Shown here piece after piece: positions 1 to 23,056 of a stretch of 64,000 bases of DNA (positions are counted from its first letter, which is position 1; every line of letters begins with the position of its first letter). The position numbers and the translations under genes were made by a program. Source of the DNA: Piromyces finnis finn (Eukaryota > Fungi > Neocallimastigomycota); the NCBI GenBank assembly GCA_002104945.1, contig MCFH01000005.1, positions 1-64,000 on the forward strand, written 5' to 3'. Below the pieces are notes generated by a model. The model had not been told where the DNA came from. It searched no databases and was given only the letters and a program-made list of their open reading frames with translations.

Positions 1-780
1 ATAATCTTTTAATTAATCATGTTCTTTTTAGATATAAGTTTAAATTTAAATTTTGTTATTTTATTTTTATATTAAATAAAAATTAATATTTGTTTTGTCT
101 TCTTGGTTATTAACTTAGTTTTATGTTATTATTTTCTAATAAAAACTTTGTTTATTTTTTTTTTTTTTAATTAATATTAATTTTATAAATATGTATTTTT
201 ATAAAATAAAAGTATTAGAATTATTATCAATATAACATTAAGAAATCCATTAATAGTATTCAATATATTAAAATTTCCTTTATATTTAATTATGTCAATA
301 AATAGAAAATGTTTTATATGTTTTTTTATTGTTATTATAATTATTTATCATTAAAATATATTTCGATATTTATATTTTTTTTAATAACGTTATGTTCATT
401 GTTTTTATAATTTCATATATAAATGAAATAAATTATGAGGTAAATTAACCAAGCATTTTATTATAAATTTATACACATATAATAAAAGTTTCTCATGTTA
501 TTATTGATTTTAAGTTATACTATTTATGTATTTATAAATTAAAACTTTCAACTTTTATAATTTTTATTATTTAAAAATATTAAATTTCAAATTTTTATTT
601 ATTTCATATATATATAATTTTATATATATGTATTTATAGATTACATATTTCTTTTCTTTTCAAAAAAATTGAATAAAAATTTATAATTATATACATATAT
701 AATTATATATATAAATAAAAAAAATTACTTTTAGTTATAAAGCGATTTAATAATTAGTATACAATTAAATTTAACTTATT

Positions 781-929
781 TTTATATTATTATTTTTTTA
801 TTAAATTAACAAATAAACATTTTTTTAGATTATTTATCATTAAAAAATATGAAAGAAGAAAATATGTAAAGTTTAATATATATTAAAATATAATGTTTTA
901 TTTATTTATTTATTTATTTATTTATATAT

Positions 930-1008
<79 letters not shown>

Positions 1009-1202
1009 TATTAAAAAATATGTTTTATTCACATTAAAAAAAATATTATAATCATAATTTATATTATTATTTTTTTATTAAATTAACAAATAAACATTTT
1101 TTTAGATTATTTATCATTAAAAAATATGAAAGAAGAAAATATGTAAAGTTTAATATATATTAAAATATAATGTTTTATTTATTTATTTATTTATTTATAT
1201 AT

Positions 1203-1289
<87 letters not shown>

Positions 1290-1338
1290 TATTAAAAAAT
1301 ATGTTTTATTCACATTAAAAAAAATATTATAATCATAA
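781..1338. repeat. Tandem duplication of a ~280 bp intergenic unit containing a (TTTA)n microsatellite
   Basis: 781-1057 and 1058-1338 share the same flanks (tttatattattattttttta...atgaaagaagaaaatatgtaaag...cacattaaaaaaaatattataatcataa). Unit lengths of 277 and 281 bp differ by one TTTA unit. Confidence 0.9.
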
Positions 1339-2777
1339 AACATAAAACTTAATAACAGATTCATAAAGAAATATTTATATATATATATTTCAGAGTGGAA
1401 TATGGTTTTATTAAAATGTATTGAACAATGTGTATTCTCAAAGAATATTAATAAGTATTAATTTTATCATCTTTGGCACTAAATTACACCTTAAAAGATT
1501 GATTACTACAAAAAATAATAAACATAAATATAAATATTTTTTAAAAAAAATTGTAATACAATAATCAATACATTTAAATTCGAATAATAGATTTTAATGT
1601 ACATTTTAATTGTGGTTAATAAAAATTATTAATGATCATATTTATTAATTAAAGATTCTTGAATTTTATTATTTAATATAATTCTAATTAATATATTATA
1701 GCTATTTTTAATTTTCCTTATTTTAAAAAAAAAATAAAATAAAAACAATAACAAATATTATAAATTGATATTTAATAAAATTTATATAACAATTTTGATA
1801 ATAATGAAAATAAAATTAATCATGATTATTATTATTCTTAATAATTTGAATCTTATTTATCGCATTATATTTAATTTATATAATAATACACTAATAAATA
1901 TAATAATAAAATATTCATAAACAAATTACAACGGTAAATATTTCGAAATTTTAAATATTAAAAAATTTGAATTAGCATCTTAAAAATCAACAATAATAAA
2001 CAATAGACGGAAATTAATTATTTTAAAATAAAAAAGAATACAATAATTATAATAATAAATATTATATTGATAGATACATTAAATTTATTAAATACAAATT
2101 GTAATACCATAATCTCTTACTTCTTTCGCTAAAAAAAATTAAAAATAAATAAATTCTAAGAATTTAAAAAAGTATATAAACAAAAAATATTATTCAAAAA
2201 ATTCGTATTTAAAATTGTACAACAATAAATATATCATATTATCTTATTACTTTATTTATAATTGTACAACATTAAGAATTGATATTATTAATATCAAAAA
2301 TCTCATATGTTTAATATTCATCTAAAAAATTAATATAAATAAATTATTTATTTTTTTTTAATATATAATAATAACAATTAGCCAATAAATATTCAACTAT
2401 TTAATTATATTAAAAATATATATATTATTAATATTAATATAACCCAAACTTTAATTGTTATCCTATTAATATTTTTAAATAATGAATTTAATTACTACAA
2501 TAACTTGAACTTTAATTACTATATTTTATTTATTACTCTACCTTTACAAAAAGTATATATAATACATGTTAATTTCTCAGTTTTCGTTTTATAAAAAAAA
2601 AAAAAAAAAAAAAAATAATAAATAAATAAAAATATAAATAATAATTTTAAAAATGGATATTTGCTAAATATATATTGTAATATAATAGATTGATAAAATT
2701 ATATATATTTTTATTTATTAATATAAAAAAATAAATTCGTACTAATAAAGATAAGAATAATATAAAATATATTCAAA

Positions 2778-4323
2778 ATGGTGAATAATTATTACGGATA
2801 TACTGAAAAAGATTTTATAGGAAATAATACTAATCCATCTTTTAAAGATTGGATGAGTAGTAAAGGAGTCAGTTATGAATGTTATGTTGATTGTATGGGC
2901 CAATTAAGTGAAATTGAATATTATAATAGAGTAATTCAAAAATTTAGAGTAATAGTAACAGCAATTCAAGCACCACTTAATTTTCTATTTTTTTATTGGA
3001 CATTACTTGTTTTTATGTTACATAAATTTAACTTTAAAAAACCAGTAATGAAACTTCTTCTAGGACATTTTGTATTAAGGTAAACTTTTTTTATTTAATA
3101 TATATTAGAATAATAATAAAATATAAAAATAAAAAATTGTTTATGAATATATAAATATTAAGAAATAAAAAAAATAAAGAATAATATCAATTATCTTTGC
3201 AAAGATGAAAAAACTAATTAAAAAAACAACATACATTTATAATATATTTTTGATTAGATGTTTAGGAAATATATTTGACGAATTAGGTGGTTTATTTCCT
3301 ACATATTATAGTTATCAACCAGATGGAGGTAATAATTATAGATGCGAATGTGGCTCTAACACATTAAATCCTCTAAGATGGATTTTATCAAGATATATTG
3401 GAACATTTTGTTGGTATATGGGAGAAATTATTGGAGATTGGTATCCATTACTTCGTACTAAAGCTGTAGTAAAAAATAAATCAATATGGATAGTATATAT
3501 AACCTGTGCTATATTTAATATGACAAAGATTATTTTAATTGTCTTCCATTGGTCTATGGATCCAACAAAATTATATGATTTACAAACTGGTAGATTTAAA
3601 AAGAAGATTATAAATGACTTCTATACAAATTATTGGATTTTACAATTAGTAATTATTTACGCAACAGTATTATATGAACTTTCAGTATACTTTGTTTTAA
3701 AGAAAAATATATTTAAAGTAACAAAATATGATAACGGATTTTTTAAAAAATTTAAATCTCTATCAGAATATAGAATTTTGGTTTCAGCAGTAGTTGCATT
3801 CATCTTTTTACCTATTGCATCTATTGCTTTATTTTTAAAAATATACTTTATTAAAGTAAAAAATAAAAATTTAGAGTTTGAATTTGAAACTCTAAGACAA
3901 TCTATAGCTAATCTTCAATACTATATGATATTTATTGATCAAATATTATTAATCACCTCAAATTATGAATCAATATTAGCCAATTTCAACATATTTAATT
4001 GTTTTAACAGTAATACTGGTTCATCAAATAATATAAATTCCTCACCGCGTGTTGAAGTACAATATCTTTCAACAACAACTCAAAAAAGTGAAATAGGCTT
4101 TAATAATAATTTTCGTGAATATACCTTTGAAAAAAAAAACAACTCACAAATAAGCACAATGGATAAAGATACAAGCTTTATAGCAAATACAAGTGTGACT
4201 GCTATTAATAGTGATATTAATCAATTCACTTATCAAACAGATAATAATTTAAATATTAACATACGACCAAAGAATTCACTGAGTAGCGATAAATATCTAC
4301 CTACTATTGATGATGACAGATAA
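2778..4323 (+). CDS. Orphan multi-pass (~7 TM) membrane protein, 2 exons (2778-3079, 3258-4323)
   Basis: GT-AG intron 3080-3257 joins ...GHFVL-R|CLGNIFD in frame. About seven hydrophobic segments are followed by an Asn/Ser/Thr-rich tail. No family motif was recognised. Confidence 0.75.
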
Positions 4324-4394
4324 TAATTTAAATATTAACATACGACCAAAGAATTCACTGAGTAGCGATAAATATCTACCTACTATTGATGATG
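4237..4394 (+). repeat. Perfect 79 bp tandem duplication spanning the stop codon of the 7TM gene
   Basis: acagataataatttaaatattaacatacgaccaaag...ctactattgatgatg occurs at 4237-4315 and 4316-4394. Confidence 0.92.
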
Positions 4395-6155
4395 AAGATA
4401 TTTAATATAGTATTTCAATAATATATAATAGAAATATATTATAATATCTAATAAATATTATGTAATAATAAGATATTAAATGATAATATCTAAATATAAC
4501 ATATTTCAATAATTATAATGTAATTAATACTATTTAGTAGTTTCTTTATTCTTTTTAGAAATACAATTATGTATAAACAATTTTCATTTGTAAATAAAAT
4601 GAAAACCATCTATCTATATTCATTTAAAAAATATATTGTATGATAATAATTTAATATACTTTAATATAAATATAAATTAATATTAAAAAAAGAAAATCAT
4701 TTTATATACAAACTGCTTAAAAAATGTATATAACTTTAACTAAAAATAGAACAAATAAGAGATAAATTAAAATAAAAATACTATTAAACTTTCATATGTT
4801 TATATTAATTTTTATATTTAAATTTAAATTTATATAATTTTAATTATTGCATATTTCTAAAATTATACATATTTTTATTTTTAGTTAGAAATATAAAAAT
4901 TAAGATTTTTTTTGACAAAATTATTATTATAAAATAACGGAAGATAAATTATGATTGAAAATGTATAAACCTTAATTATTATTAAATTAAATAGATTATA
5001 TTTTAATTATTTATTATGTTTTGTGATGAATAGAAAAAGTAACTATTTAAAGTTTTTCTTTCCATTGTTTATAAATTATTATTTTATTCATTGTCTCCCT
5101 ATAAACTATGATGTATTGTAACTTAATTTTAATGATCCGAATTTTTATAATAAAAATTGGATAAATGTTAACCCTTTTTTTTTATTATTTTATGAATCAT
5201 AATTAATATTAAAAGATTTTCTTATTTTTAATATACTGCTAATAGATAATATTAATAATAATTTATAATTAATATTTCAAAATTTCATATCAATAATACA
5301 AAAAAAAAAAAGATTGACATAATATTTTTAACTATAAATTATAATAAATATAATATAATAATTCTACCATATTTTTTTGCAAAAAAAAAAAAGATGGTAT
5401 ATATTAAAGCATTAATGCAATTGTTTTATTATAAATATTATTCTATGATATAACATTTTTATTTTTTTTTTTTTTTATTTCAAATTACTAGGTTTAGCTT
5501 TGTAAACTTTTTTTTTTTTTTTGAAGAAATTGACTCTTTTAATTACAATAGTCATCTTTTTTTAATATTATATATATATTTATCTTCTTCCTTATCTTCT
5601 TGCCTTGTATAAAATAGTATATTAGTTATCTTTTACAATTTTTAGCATTTACATTGTCACATTTATTTAATTTTGGGTAAAATGGAGGAAAAGTAAAATA
5701 ACTTTATATTTTTAAAAAATATATTTTTGTATTGGTGTTAATATTATTAAGAAGTAATAAGTTATTAATCTACAAAGCTTATTTTTAAAAATTATAAAAA
5801 CTTAAAATTCAAAATTTTATAATATTAAAAAAAAAAACTTTTATTTAATTATTAATCCTTTTTCAAAAAATAAAAAATAAATATGAAGATTTATATATTA
5901 ATAATCATTTAAAAATATATAACGAAAAGTTTTTTGTTTTTGTTGTTTGTTTATATATTAGTATAAATGAATTTTCAAAAAGGTTAATTAATTGGTGTAA
6001 TGGGGAAAAAATTATGTATTTAATAACTTAGGCACTAAACAATAAATAATTATATAAAAAACTATTAATAAAAAGAAAGAAAAATTAAAATACATAAAAG
6101 GATATTATTATTTTACACTAATATTTTTATCTTGACTTAATATTTAAAAATAAAA

Positions 6156-11611
<5,456 letters not shown>

Positions 11612-12112
11612 ATTATGCATTATCAACTATTTTCAATAATTTATATTATTCATACCCTATAAATGTTATAATATTGGCATGAGCACAGGTTGAGAATAAT
11701 TTTAACTATTTAATTTGAAGTACCTAATTTCCCACTGTATTTTTAAATAACAATTGAGTTTTTCTTTATAAATGCATAGTATTTCTTTATTTTTCAACAA
11801 TTCATTGGTATAATTGGTATAATCTATCTTTTTTTTTTTTCTATTAAACTAATAAAAACACCAATAATTATACAATAAATATTTTTATAAATTATATTTT
11901 CTAATAAAGATTATGAAATCAATTAAATTTTTATCGGGTATAAAGTTATTCTTTTAATTACTAATATAAAAAAAATAATTGACATTGATATAGAAAAAAA
12001 AAAAAAACTATGTACAAAATAATTAATATATAAAATTAAATAGATTACAATAATTTTTTGTTGTTAAATTTTTAACCATCTTTAGAGTATTATTTTTCAA
12101 TGATAAGAATGA

Positions 12113-12603
12113 TTAAAACATACTGTTGTGGTATGAACCAGTGGTAATAAGATCTGGTCTTTTATTAAATAATATTTTTCTTCTAATAATTGTTGTAAGT
12201 TGATAATCTTTTCCCTTATCATTATCATCTGTATCCATCATATCTTCTTCATTTAAAGTTGATTCTTTCCTTATTATAGCAAGAGGTTTTTCTAATTCAA
12301 CTAATGTACCATACAATTTATGATTCCCAATAACAATAGACATTTCTTTCTTTATAATGTTATGATTTTAAAATGATAATACATTGTTTGATTATTAAAT
12401 ATTTATACATATTATATCATAACAAAATTATATAAATTTACCTCATTAAATTCTGTTATATTTCCTAATTCTTTTCCTTGAATATTTAATTCTGAATTAA
12501 ATTGTAATGAACCCTGGAATTCTAATAATATGTAATCTTCAAATTTACTTAAAGGTTTATGCTGAGGTAATAATTGTTCTGTTTTAATTACTAATTGAAC
12601 CAT
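12113..12603 (-). CDS. CTF8: Chromosome transmission fidelity protein 8 (CTF18-RFC subunit), 2 exons
   Basis: MVQLVI...YILLEFQGSL...GKELGNI / MSIVIGNHKLYGTLVELEKPLAII...IIRRKILFNKRP. GT-AG intron 12350-12441 preserves frame. Confidence 0.85.
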
Positions 12604-12732
12604 TTTCAAAGTATCTGGTATTAAATTTTTTTTTTTTTCTTATAAATATAAACTTTTATAAAGTTTTTTATATTAATAAAAATTGTAACATTTTAATAAT
12701 AAAATATTTCTTGAATAATAAAAACTTAACAC

Positions 12733-12779
<47 letters not shown>

Positions 12780-14980
12780 TTTTATTGGTTAACTCTAACC
12801 TTTTAAACTATAAGAAGGCTTCTCAAAAATTGTAATTAAAGCCATGATACATTAATTATTATTGTATTAATGTAATTAATTTTTTAAAAAAAATAATATT
12901 ATTATAATATATGATCTTTAATTAATTTTATCAAAATATCATTTAGTATTTAATTTGTTTAAAAAAAAATTTTTTTTATGTTGTTGTCTGTCAATATTTT
13001 TTTGAATTTTTGTTAATAAATCAAAGAGTGTGAATTTGAAAAAGAAAAGATTAGAGTAATAATAATAATTAATAATAGTCATTGAAACAAAGAAATTGTT
13101 ATTATTTATTGATGTTATAATATTGATATAAATATATTTATATACGTAATTATCATTACTTAATGAAATATGTAGTAGCATTAAAGTTGATTTGTAATAA
13201 CTTCATATAAAAAAAAATTTAATTCTGTATCACATTAACAAGTTTTCTTTAATCTTTTTAAAAAGATGAAATGAAAATATTTCTAATTATATATAATTTT
13301 ATTTTAATAAAAAAGTATAATATTTTCTTTTATTTTCTTTATTAATTTTCTTTTTTTCAAACATGTATATATATATAGCTACTTTTTTGACTTCAAAAAA
13401 ATTATGGTGAAAGGGTTCTTCTTTTCCTTTTTTTTTAAATATAAGTCATTAACCTAACCTTTTAAAATTTGTATGGAATTAATTTAAAAAATAAAAAACT
13501 TCAAATTTAATATATGAAGAAATGAAACCAAATAAAAAATGGTTGTGGATTAATATATTATAAAATATATATTAATATATATTAATCCTTTTAATGGTAT
13601 TAAAATATATGTAAGATTCATTATATTTTAATTTATCAATGAATTTAGTTTTAAAATTTGTTTTTTTTTTTTTAATTGCAAATTATTTATCTTTTTTTAC
13701 ACATTTTTTTTTTTTTTTTTTTTAATTTTTCTTTTTTTTTAAGAAAAAAAGTTTAAAAAATAAACATTTTGTTTTAAATAAACAAATTTCTGAATTTTAT
13801 AATTTTCTTTTATTTTTATCTTCAAAAAGATAAATTGATTAAATATAAATTATAAATAATAACATTATTCAAATTGAAAAAACCCCAATAAATACATATT
13901 TAAATCTACTTTTTTTTTATTAAAAAAAAGAATTTCAAAGGTATACTATTTTTGTTATAAAAATCATATAATAATTGAATTATCTCTAAACATGTATATA
14001 AGAAATCTTTATGAATAGTAAAATTAAAAAAAAAAAAAGTAATTGATAATATAAAAAATTCAATTTTATGAAATAATAATGATAAAAGAATGAGAAAAAT
14101 AAGATAAATTTAAATAGAAATTCTTGAAATATTTCAAAAAAAAAAAAAAAAAAAAGAAAAAAAAACATAGCGAATATAGTATATTCTATACAATATATCC
14201 AAGAATATCTATTGAAAAATAATGCCGCTTTTTACATTTTAATACATTAAATATAATTATTAATTTTTATATTATCAGTAATAGAATTGGAATTATCAAT
14301 ATTATATATATATATAAAAGATGAATAAACTTTTTTTTTTTTTTTTTCAAGAATAATATCTAAATATTTTTGTTAATAAAATAATATTTTATTATTCTTT
14401 CTTTCCCCCCTTTTTTTTATTTAATATGAAATCTTTTTGATAAAATTAATTTCTAATTTATTTATGCCATTATTAATGATTATTAAATGTTTATTAAGCT
14501 AATTTATTATTAAATAATAATTATATAAATTTATAAATTTTTAGTTACATACTAACATTGTTTTTATATATATAATTTTTAATATATATTAAAGAAAAAA
14601 GAATTCTATTAATTTATATAATATCTAATATCAAATAATAGAAAATATTAAGCGTATGCTATCTACATATATATTCACATATTTTAACAAAAATTGAGGA
14701 ATTAATACTCAGAATATTTAAATAATTAATAAAAATTGCATAAAGTCAGCAAATATTTTAATACTATCTTTTATATTAACCTGGTAAATTAGTAATAATA
14801 ATATTAACAACAACAACAAAAAAAAAAAAAAAAAAAAAAAAAATAAACAGAAAAAACAAAGTAACAATATTACTATAAAAATTATTTCAAACCTCTCTTT
14901 TTTTTTTTTTTTTTTTTTGTATCATTATCTCAAATTATACAATAACAAATATAGAAATAGAAAAAGAAAAAGCATACCAA

Positions 14981-17095
14981 ATGATAAATAAAAAAGAAAA
15001 AATTATAAATGACCCTGTTCATGGGATAATTAACCTAGAAGAATTTGCAATTGATATTATTAATACTAGATATTTTCAACGTTTACATCATGTACGTCAA
15101 TTAGATATTGCTTATTTAGTATACCCTGGTGCTATGCATACTCGTTTTGAACATTGTATTGGAACTTATTATATTACAAGAAAATTATTAGAAAGTCTTA
15201 ATTTAGAGAATACAAAATATGCTAATATTATAAAGGTTTCAGCTTTAATCCATGATATTGGTCATGGACCATTTTCACATCAGTACGATAGTTGTAGAGT
15301 TGATAAATTTCAACACGAAGAAAGAGCAAGTGTAATTATAAAAAAAATGTCAGAAGAAATTACTAATCCAGAGACAAAAAAATACTTTACCCCAGAAAAT
15401 ATAAAACTTATTTGTCGTATTATTAATGGTAATGATACTATTATTCAAGATGGTCATAAGACCCCTGATTGTGTATCAGTGAATTGTGATGATTCGGATG
15501 AAGAAAATGATAATAATGAACTAAATCATAATAATAATAGCATTGATGATGACGTACCAAATTATGTTTTTGAAATTGTTAGTAATCACTATAATGGTAT
15601 TGATGTTGATCGTTTTGATTATATCATAAGAGATAGCTATTATACTGGCGTTTGCACTTCATTTAATTTACAAAGAATTCTGCAAGTTGCTGAATTAAGA
15701 AATGGTCATATGGTTTTCCCTAAAAAAGATTTTTATACTATCTTTTTATTTTTTCAAGCTCGTTATATTTTACATAAATTAGTATACCAAGTAAGTTTTT
15801 TTTTTTTTTTTTTTTTGTTTTAAAGATATTCATAAATTTATCATTAGTATTAATTATGATATACTTTTTTTTTTTTTAAATATTATGTAAAAATATTATT
15901 TAACAATTTTAACATTGTAGCATAAAACAGTAATATGTTATGGAAAAGTTTTAAGACAAATCATAAAAAGACATATTAATCAAATTAGAGCATTGTAATT
16001 AAATATATATATTTATAATATTTTAATTCATGGAGTATTTATAATTAAATCCTTATTATAAATTAATATTAAATGCTATTATTTTTATTATTTTTATTTT
16101 ATTATTCTAAAGGGAATGGGAAGATCAAACGGATGAAAATCTACTCTATTTAATGAGGTAAAAGTCAAATGCTAAATAAAATATAATTAAATATATTTAA
16201 AATATATTTATATATCATTGAATGTATTATTAAAATTGAATATTATTATTTTATTTGTGTATAATTAAAATATATATATATATATATGTATATTATCATT
16301 ACTACTACTAATAATAATACTAATAATACTAATAATAAATAGAGCAACTGATGCTAAGTTTAAAAAAATAAAAAAATACTATCCTACTTATGAAGAATTT
16401 AAAAAAAATGATATTAAGGATATCATAAAAAAATCAAATTTATATTTGACTCCTGAACAAATTAAAGACCTAACCTATATATCAGAATCTCAGTATAATG
16501 AAATTGGAGAAGTTGGAGCAGATAATATCCTTTATCGTGTACCAGTTTATAAGATTGCTAAAAAAATTGTATTGAAACGATTAGATGTGAATGGCTATCA
16601 TCATCTAGTGAACACTGATAAATTTTATAAAATACAAAATGGAAAACCAAAACTATTGGATGAAGAAGAAGTATGCTTAATTCATAATAATAATACTATA
16701 TTAATGGAGGCGATAAATGATGGTTTATATGTTTTTACAGAACCAATGGATTCTTCATACGAAATAAAAGATGTAGGTTTAAAGAATATAAAAACAAAAG
16801 CAAAAAAAAAAAAAACTTTTAATTATTATAAATAATGTTTCTTTTAAAAGTATAAAATTTTTATACTAAATTTTAATAACCCCTCTTTTTTTTTTTTTCC
16901 TTAATTTATTAGGAGGTATCCTTTGGATTTGGTGTTCCTTCACAGTCATTCTATAAAAATATTCTATTTTTTGATAAGGATGAACCTGATGAATGTAATG
17001 TTAAATCATTTGAAGAATTACATGAATCAGCATGTCTACCGCAAGAATGGTTTGAGTACTCTATTAATTATTATAGCAAGATAAATAAAGTCTAA
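14981..17095 (+). CDS. SAMHD1-like HD-domain dNTP triphosphohydrolase (no SAM domain), 5 exons
   Basis: DPVHG, FQRL..VRQL, YPGAMHTRFEHCIG, LIHDIGHGPFSH, HEERA and GIDVDRFDYIIRDS motifs. Downstream exons (about 15922-15995, 16111-16157, 16343-16771, 16913-17095) join in frame and end CLPQEWFEYSINYYSK. Confidence 0.85.
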
Positions 17096-17924
17096 AATAA
17101 TACCATTATTAATAAATAAATCATCAATATAAAAATTTGAGAAAAAAAAAAAATCATATAATTTACTTTTTTTAAAGTAATGAATTATAAACAGTATTTA
17201 TAATTGTGTCAATACTAACCAACTAATATCTTTCTAATTTTCTAATATTATTAATCATTATAATATTATCCTTTTTCCTTTCTTTTTACTTTATTTTCAT
17301 TCCATTATTTAATTATTTTTATAGAAGGCATTCAAAAAACTTGTTATAGAACTAATAATAATAATAATAATAATAACAATAATAATTATAGTAATAATAA
17401 ATAAATAAATAAAATAATATTTTACATTTAAATAATATTAAATATAAACTTTTTTTTCAAATACATTGACAATACTTTTAATTAACCTTGGTATTATGAA
17501 TGCTTTTAAAATTTGTTTATTATTATAATTGTTATATTTAATATTATCATAATAAATAGTAGAATGAATAAAAAAATTTCTTTATTAATAGTTAGATTGA
17601 TCAATAAACTCTGGCATTTTTATTTTATTTATTTATTATTATTATTATTTTTTTTTTGTAATAACTATCAAAATAATAACTGTATATTATGAATTAAAAA
17701 GAAAAAAAAAAAATTTTTTTTTTTGAGGTATTTTAAAAAAATTAAAAGATTATAGTTAATTATACCAATAATAATTAATAATAAATACAATTACTCTATT
17801 GATTTTTTTTTTTTTTTATACAAAAAATAATACTAATATTAATAATAATATTATAATTTTAATTTTAATTTACTTTTATTTATCTTTACTTTTTTTTTTT
17901 TTAATTGTTTTATATCTGTTATTA

Positions 17925-18085
17925 TTCTTATTATTCTTATTATTCTTATTATTATTTTAAATTGAATTGAATCATGAATCAAATCAAATTGAAATATTAT
18001 TATTTTTATTATTTTTATTATTTTTATTATTTTTATTATTTTTATTACTATTTTTATTTTTATTTTTTATTTTATTTTATTTTTT
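17925..18085. repeat. Compound 9-bp/5-bp simple repeats ((ATTATTCTT)n, (TTTTTATTA)n) between converging gene ends
   Basis: Directly visible short tandem units. Confidence 0.7.
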
Positions 18086-18312
18086 TTTTGCATTAATTTT
18101 TTTTATTTAATTATGATGTTACAGATGATTACTTGTTGATATTAAAAAAGATAAGATATATAAAATTATAAATACATAAATAATAATAATATATAAATGA
18201 TTTATTATCATTATTATCATGTATTGATATGAAAATATAATTTATACAAATAGTCTATTGAATTATTAAAAAATTAAATTATGAAAAGTTATTAAAATGT
18301 ATATTTTTTTTT

Positions 18313-21899
<3,587 letters not shown>

Positions 21900-23056
21900 T
21901 TTGTGGGTTTATATTTATATATTATTTCTTAAAAAAAAAAAAAAATTGAAGAATAAATATGTGAATTTAAACTTTTTTTTTTTATTTTATCTTTTAAATG
22001 ACAAATTATATGTATTTGGTATATTTTTAAATGAAACTAAAATAATAATACTATTATATATTGTTTTGGATGCAAAAAGATAATGAAAAAAAAAAGAAAA
22101 GTTTTGTTTTTTAAGTGTTTTTTTTTGTATTCATAGGATAATAGTTATTTTATAATTTTTATTTATTATTATATATTATAATCTTTATGTTTTTGTATTT
22201 ATATTATTTAAAAAGATTCATTTATATTTCAATTTTTCTTGATTGATTTCATTTTTTTAACTTATTTTTTTATTGTTTTTGTTTTTATTTTTTAATTTTA
22301 ATTTTAATTTAGTTATTATTTACACAGTTTTAATATAATTTTTATTTATTTAATTATTTATTTATACTATTTAATATATAAAAATTTTTATATTAAACAA
22401 TTGAAATTATATAAAATATATTTTGAATATAAAATTTTAAATAAAAATTAAATTGAAAAATATTAAAAACATAAAATTTTATTTTTTTTATACAAGAATT
22501 GGGATGTAGCTATAGCTTTGTATTTTTTTTTTTTATTAAAATACGTATTACTTTCAATTAAGTTTCTAATATAGAAAAAAAAAAGAATAAAAACAGTAAT
22601 AATAATAATAGTTGTTTCTTTTTTATAAAATAGTAAAATTATGAGTTAAATAATAATTTTAATATATACTACACTATAATACATCATCAAAATCCCCATT
22701 TATTTTGATTTTAAATTTTTTTTTTCTTTTACAATTATTATTGAACATTGTATGGTGGTGTGTTAAGTCTTTCCTTAAAATACCAATAAAATAAAAACAA
22801 AAAAAAAAAGAATTTTCTTAAACATATTTATTAACATAAATTAATATTGGTCAGTTTTATATACCTAATCTAAACAATTTAACAAAAAAATTTTTTTAGT
22901 TTTTATTAAATTTAGTAATACTCCTATAAATTATTAATAAAAACATTTTATATTAAAAGTATATAATGTTGTTACACAAAAATTCTTAAATTATAAATAA
23001 TAAGTTTTTATATGGTGTGATGTTTTAAGTTATACCATTAAAAGTATATTAATTTA

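Noticed and set aside
16525-16533. ATATCCTTT (U12 AT-AC 5' consensus) inside the SAMHD1-like gene
   Set aside because: It lies within an open reading frame (ADNILYR). Using it as a donor with the downstream AG gives an out-of-frame product with an early stop, and a good U2 donor (GAT|gtaggt) exists downstream.
16897-16924. TTCCTTAAT branch-like motif and GTATCCTTT near the last SAMHD1 acceptor
   Set aside because: The intron's 5' site is U2-type, and GTATCCTTT is coding (EVSFG) in a frame that continues to conserved C-terminal residues. This is probably coincidental.
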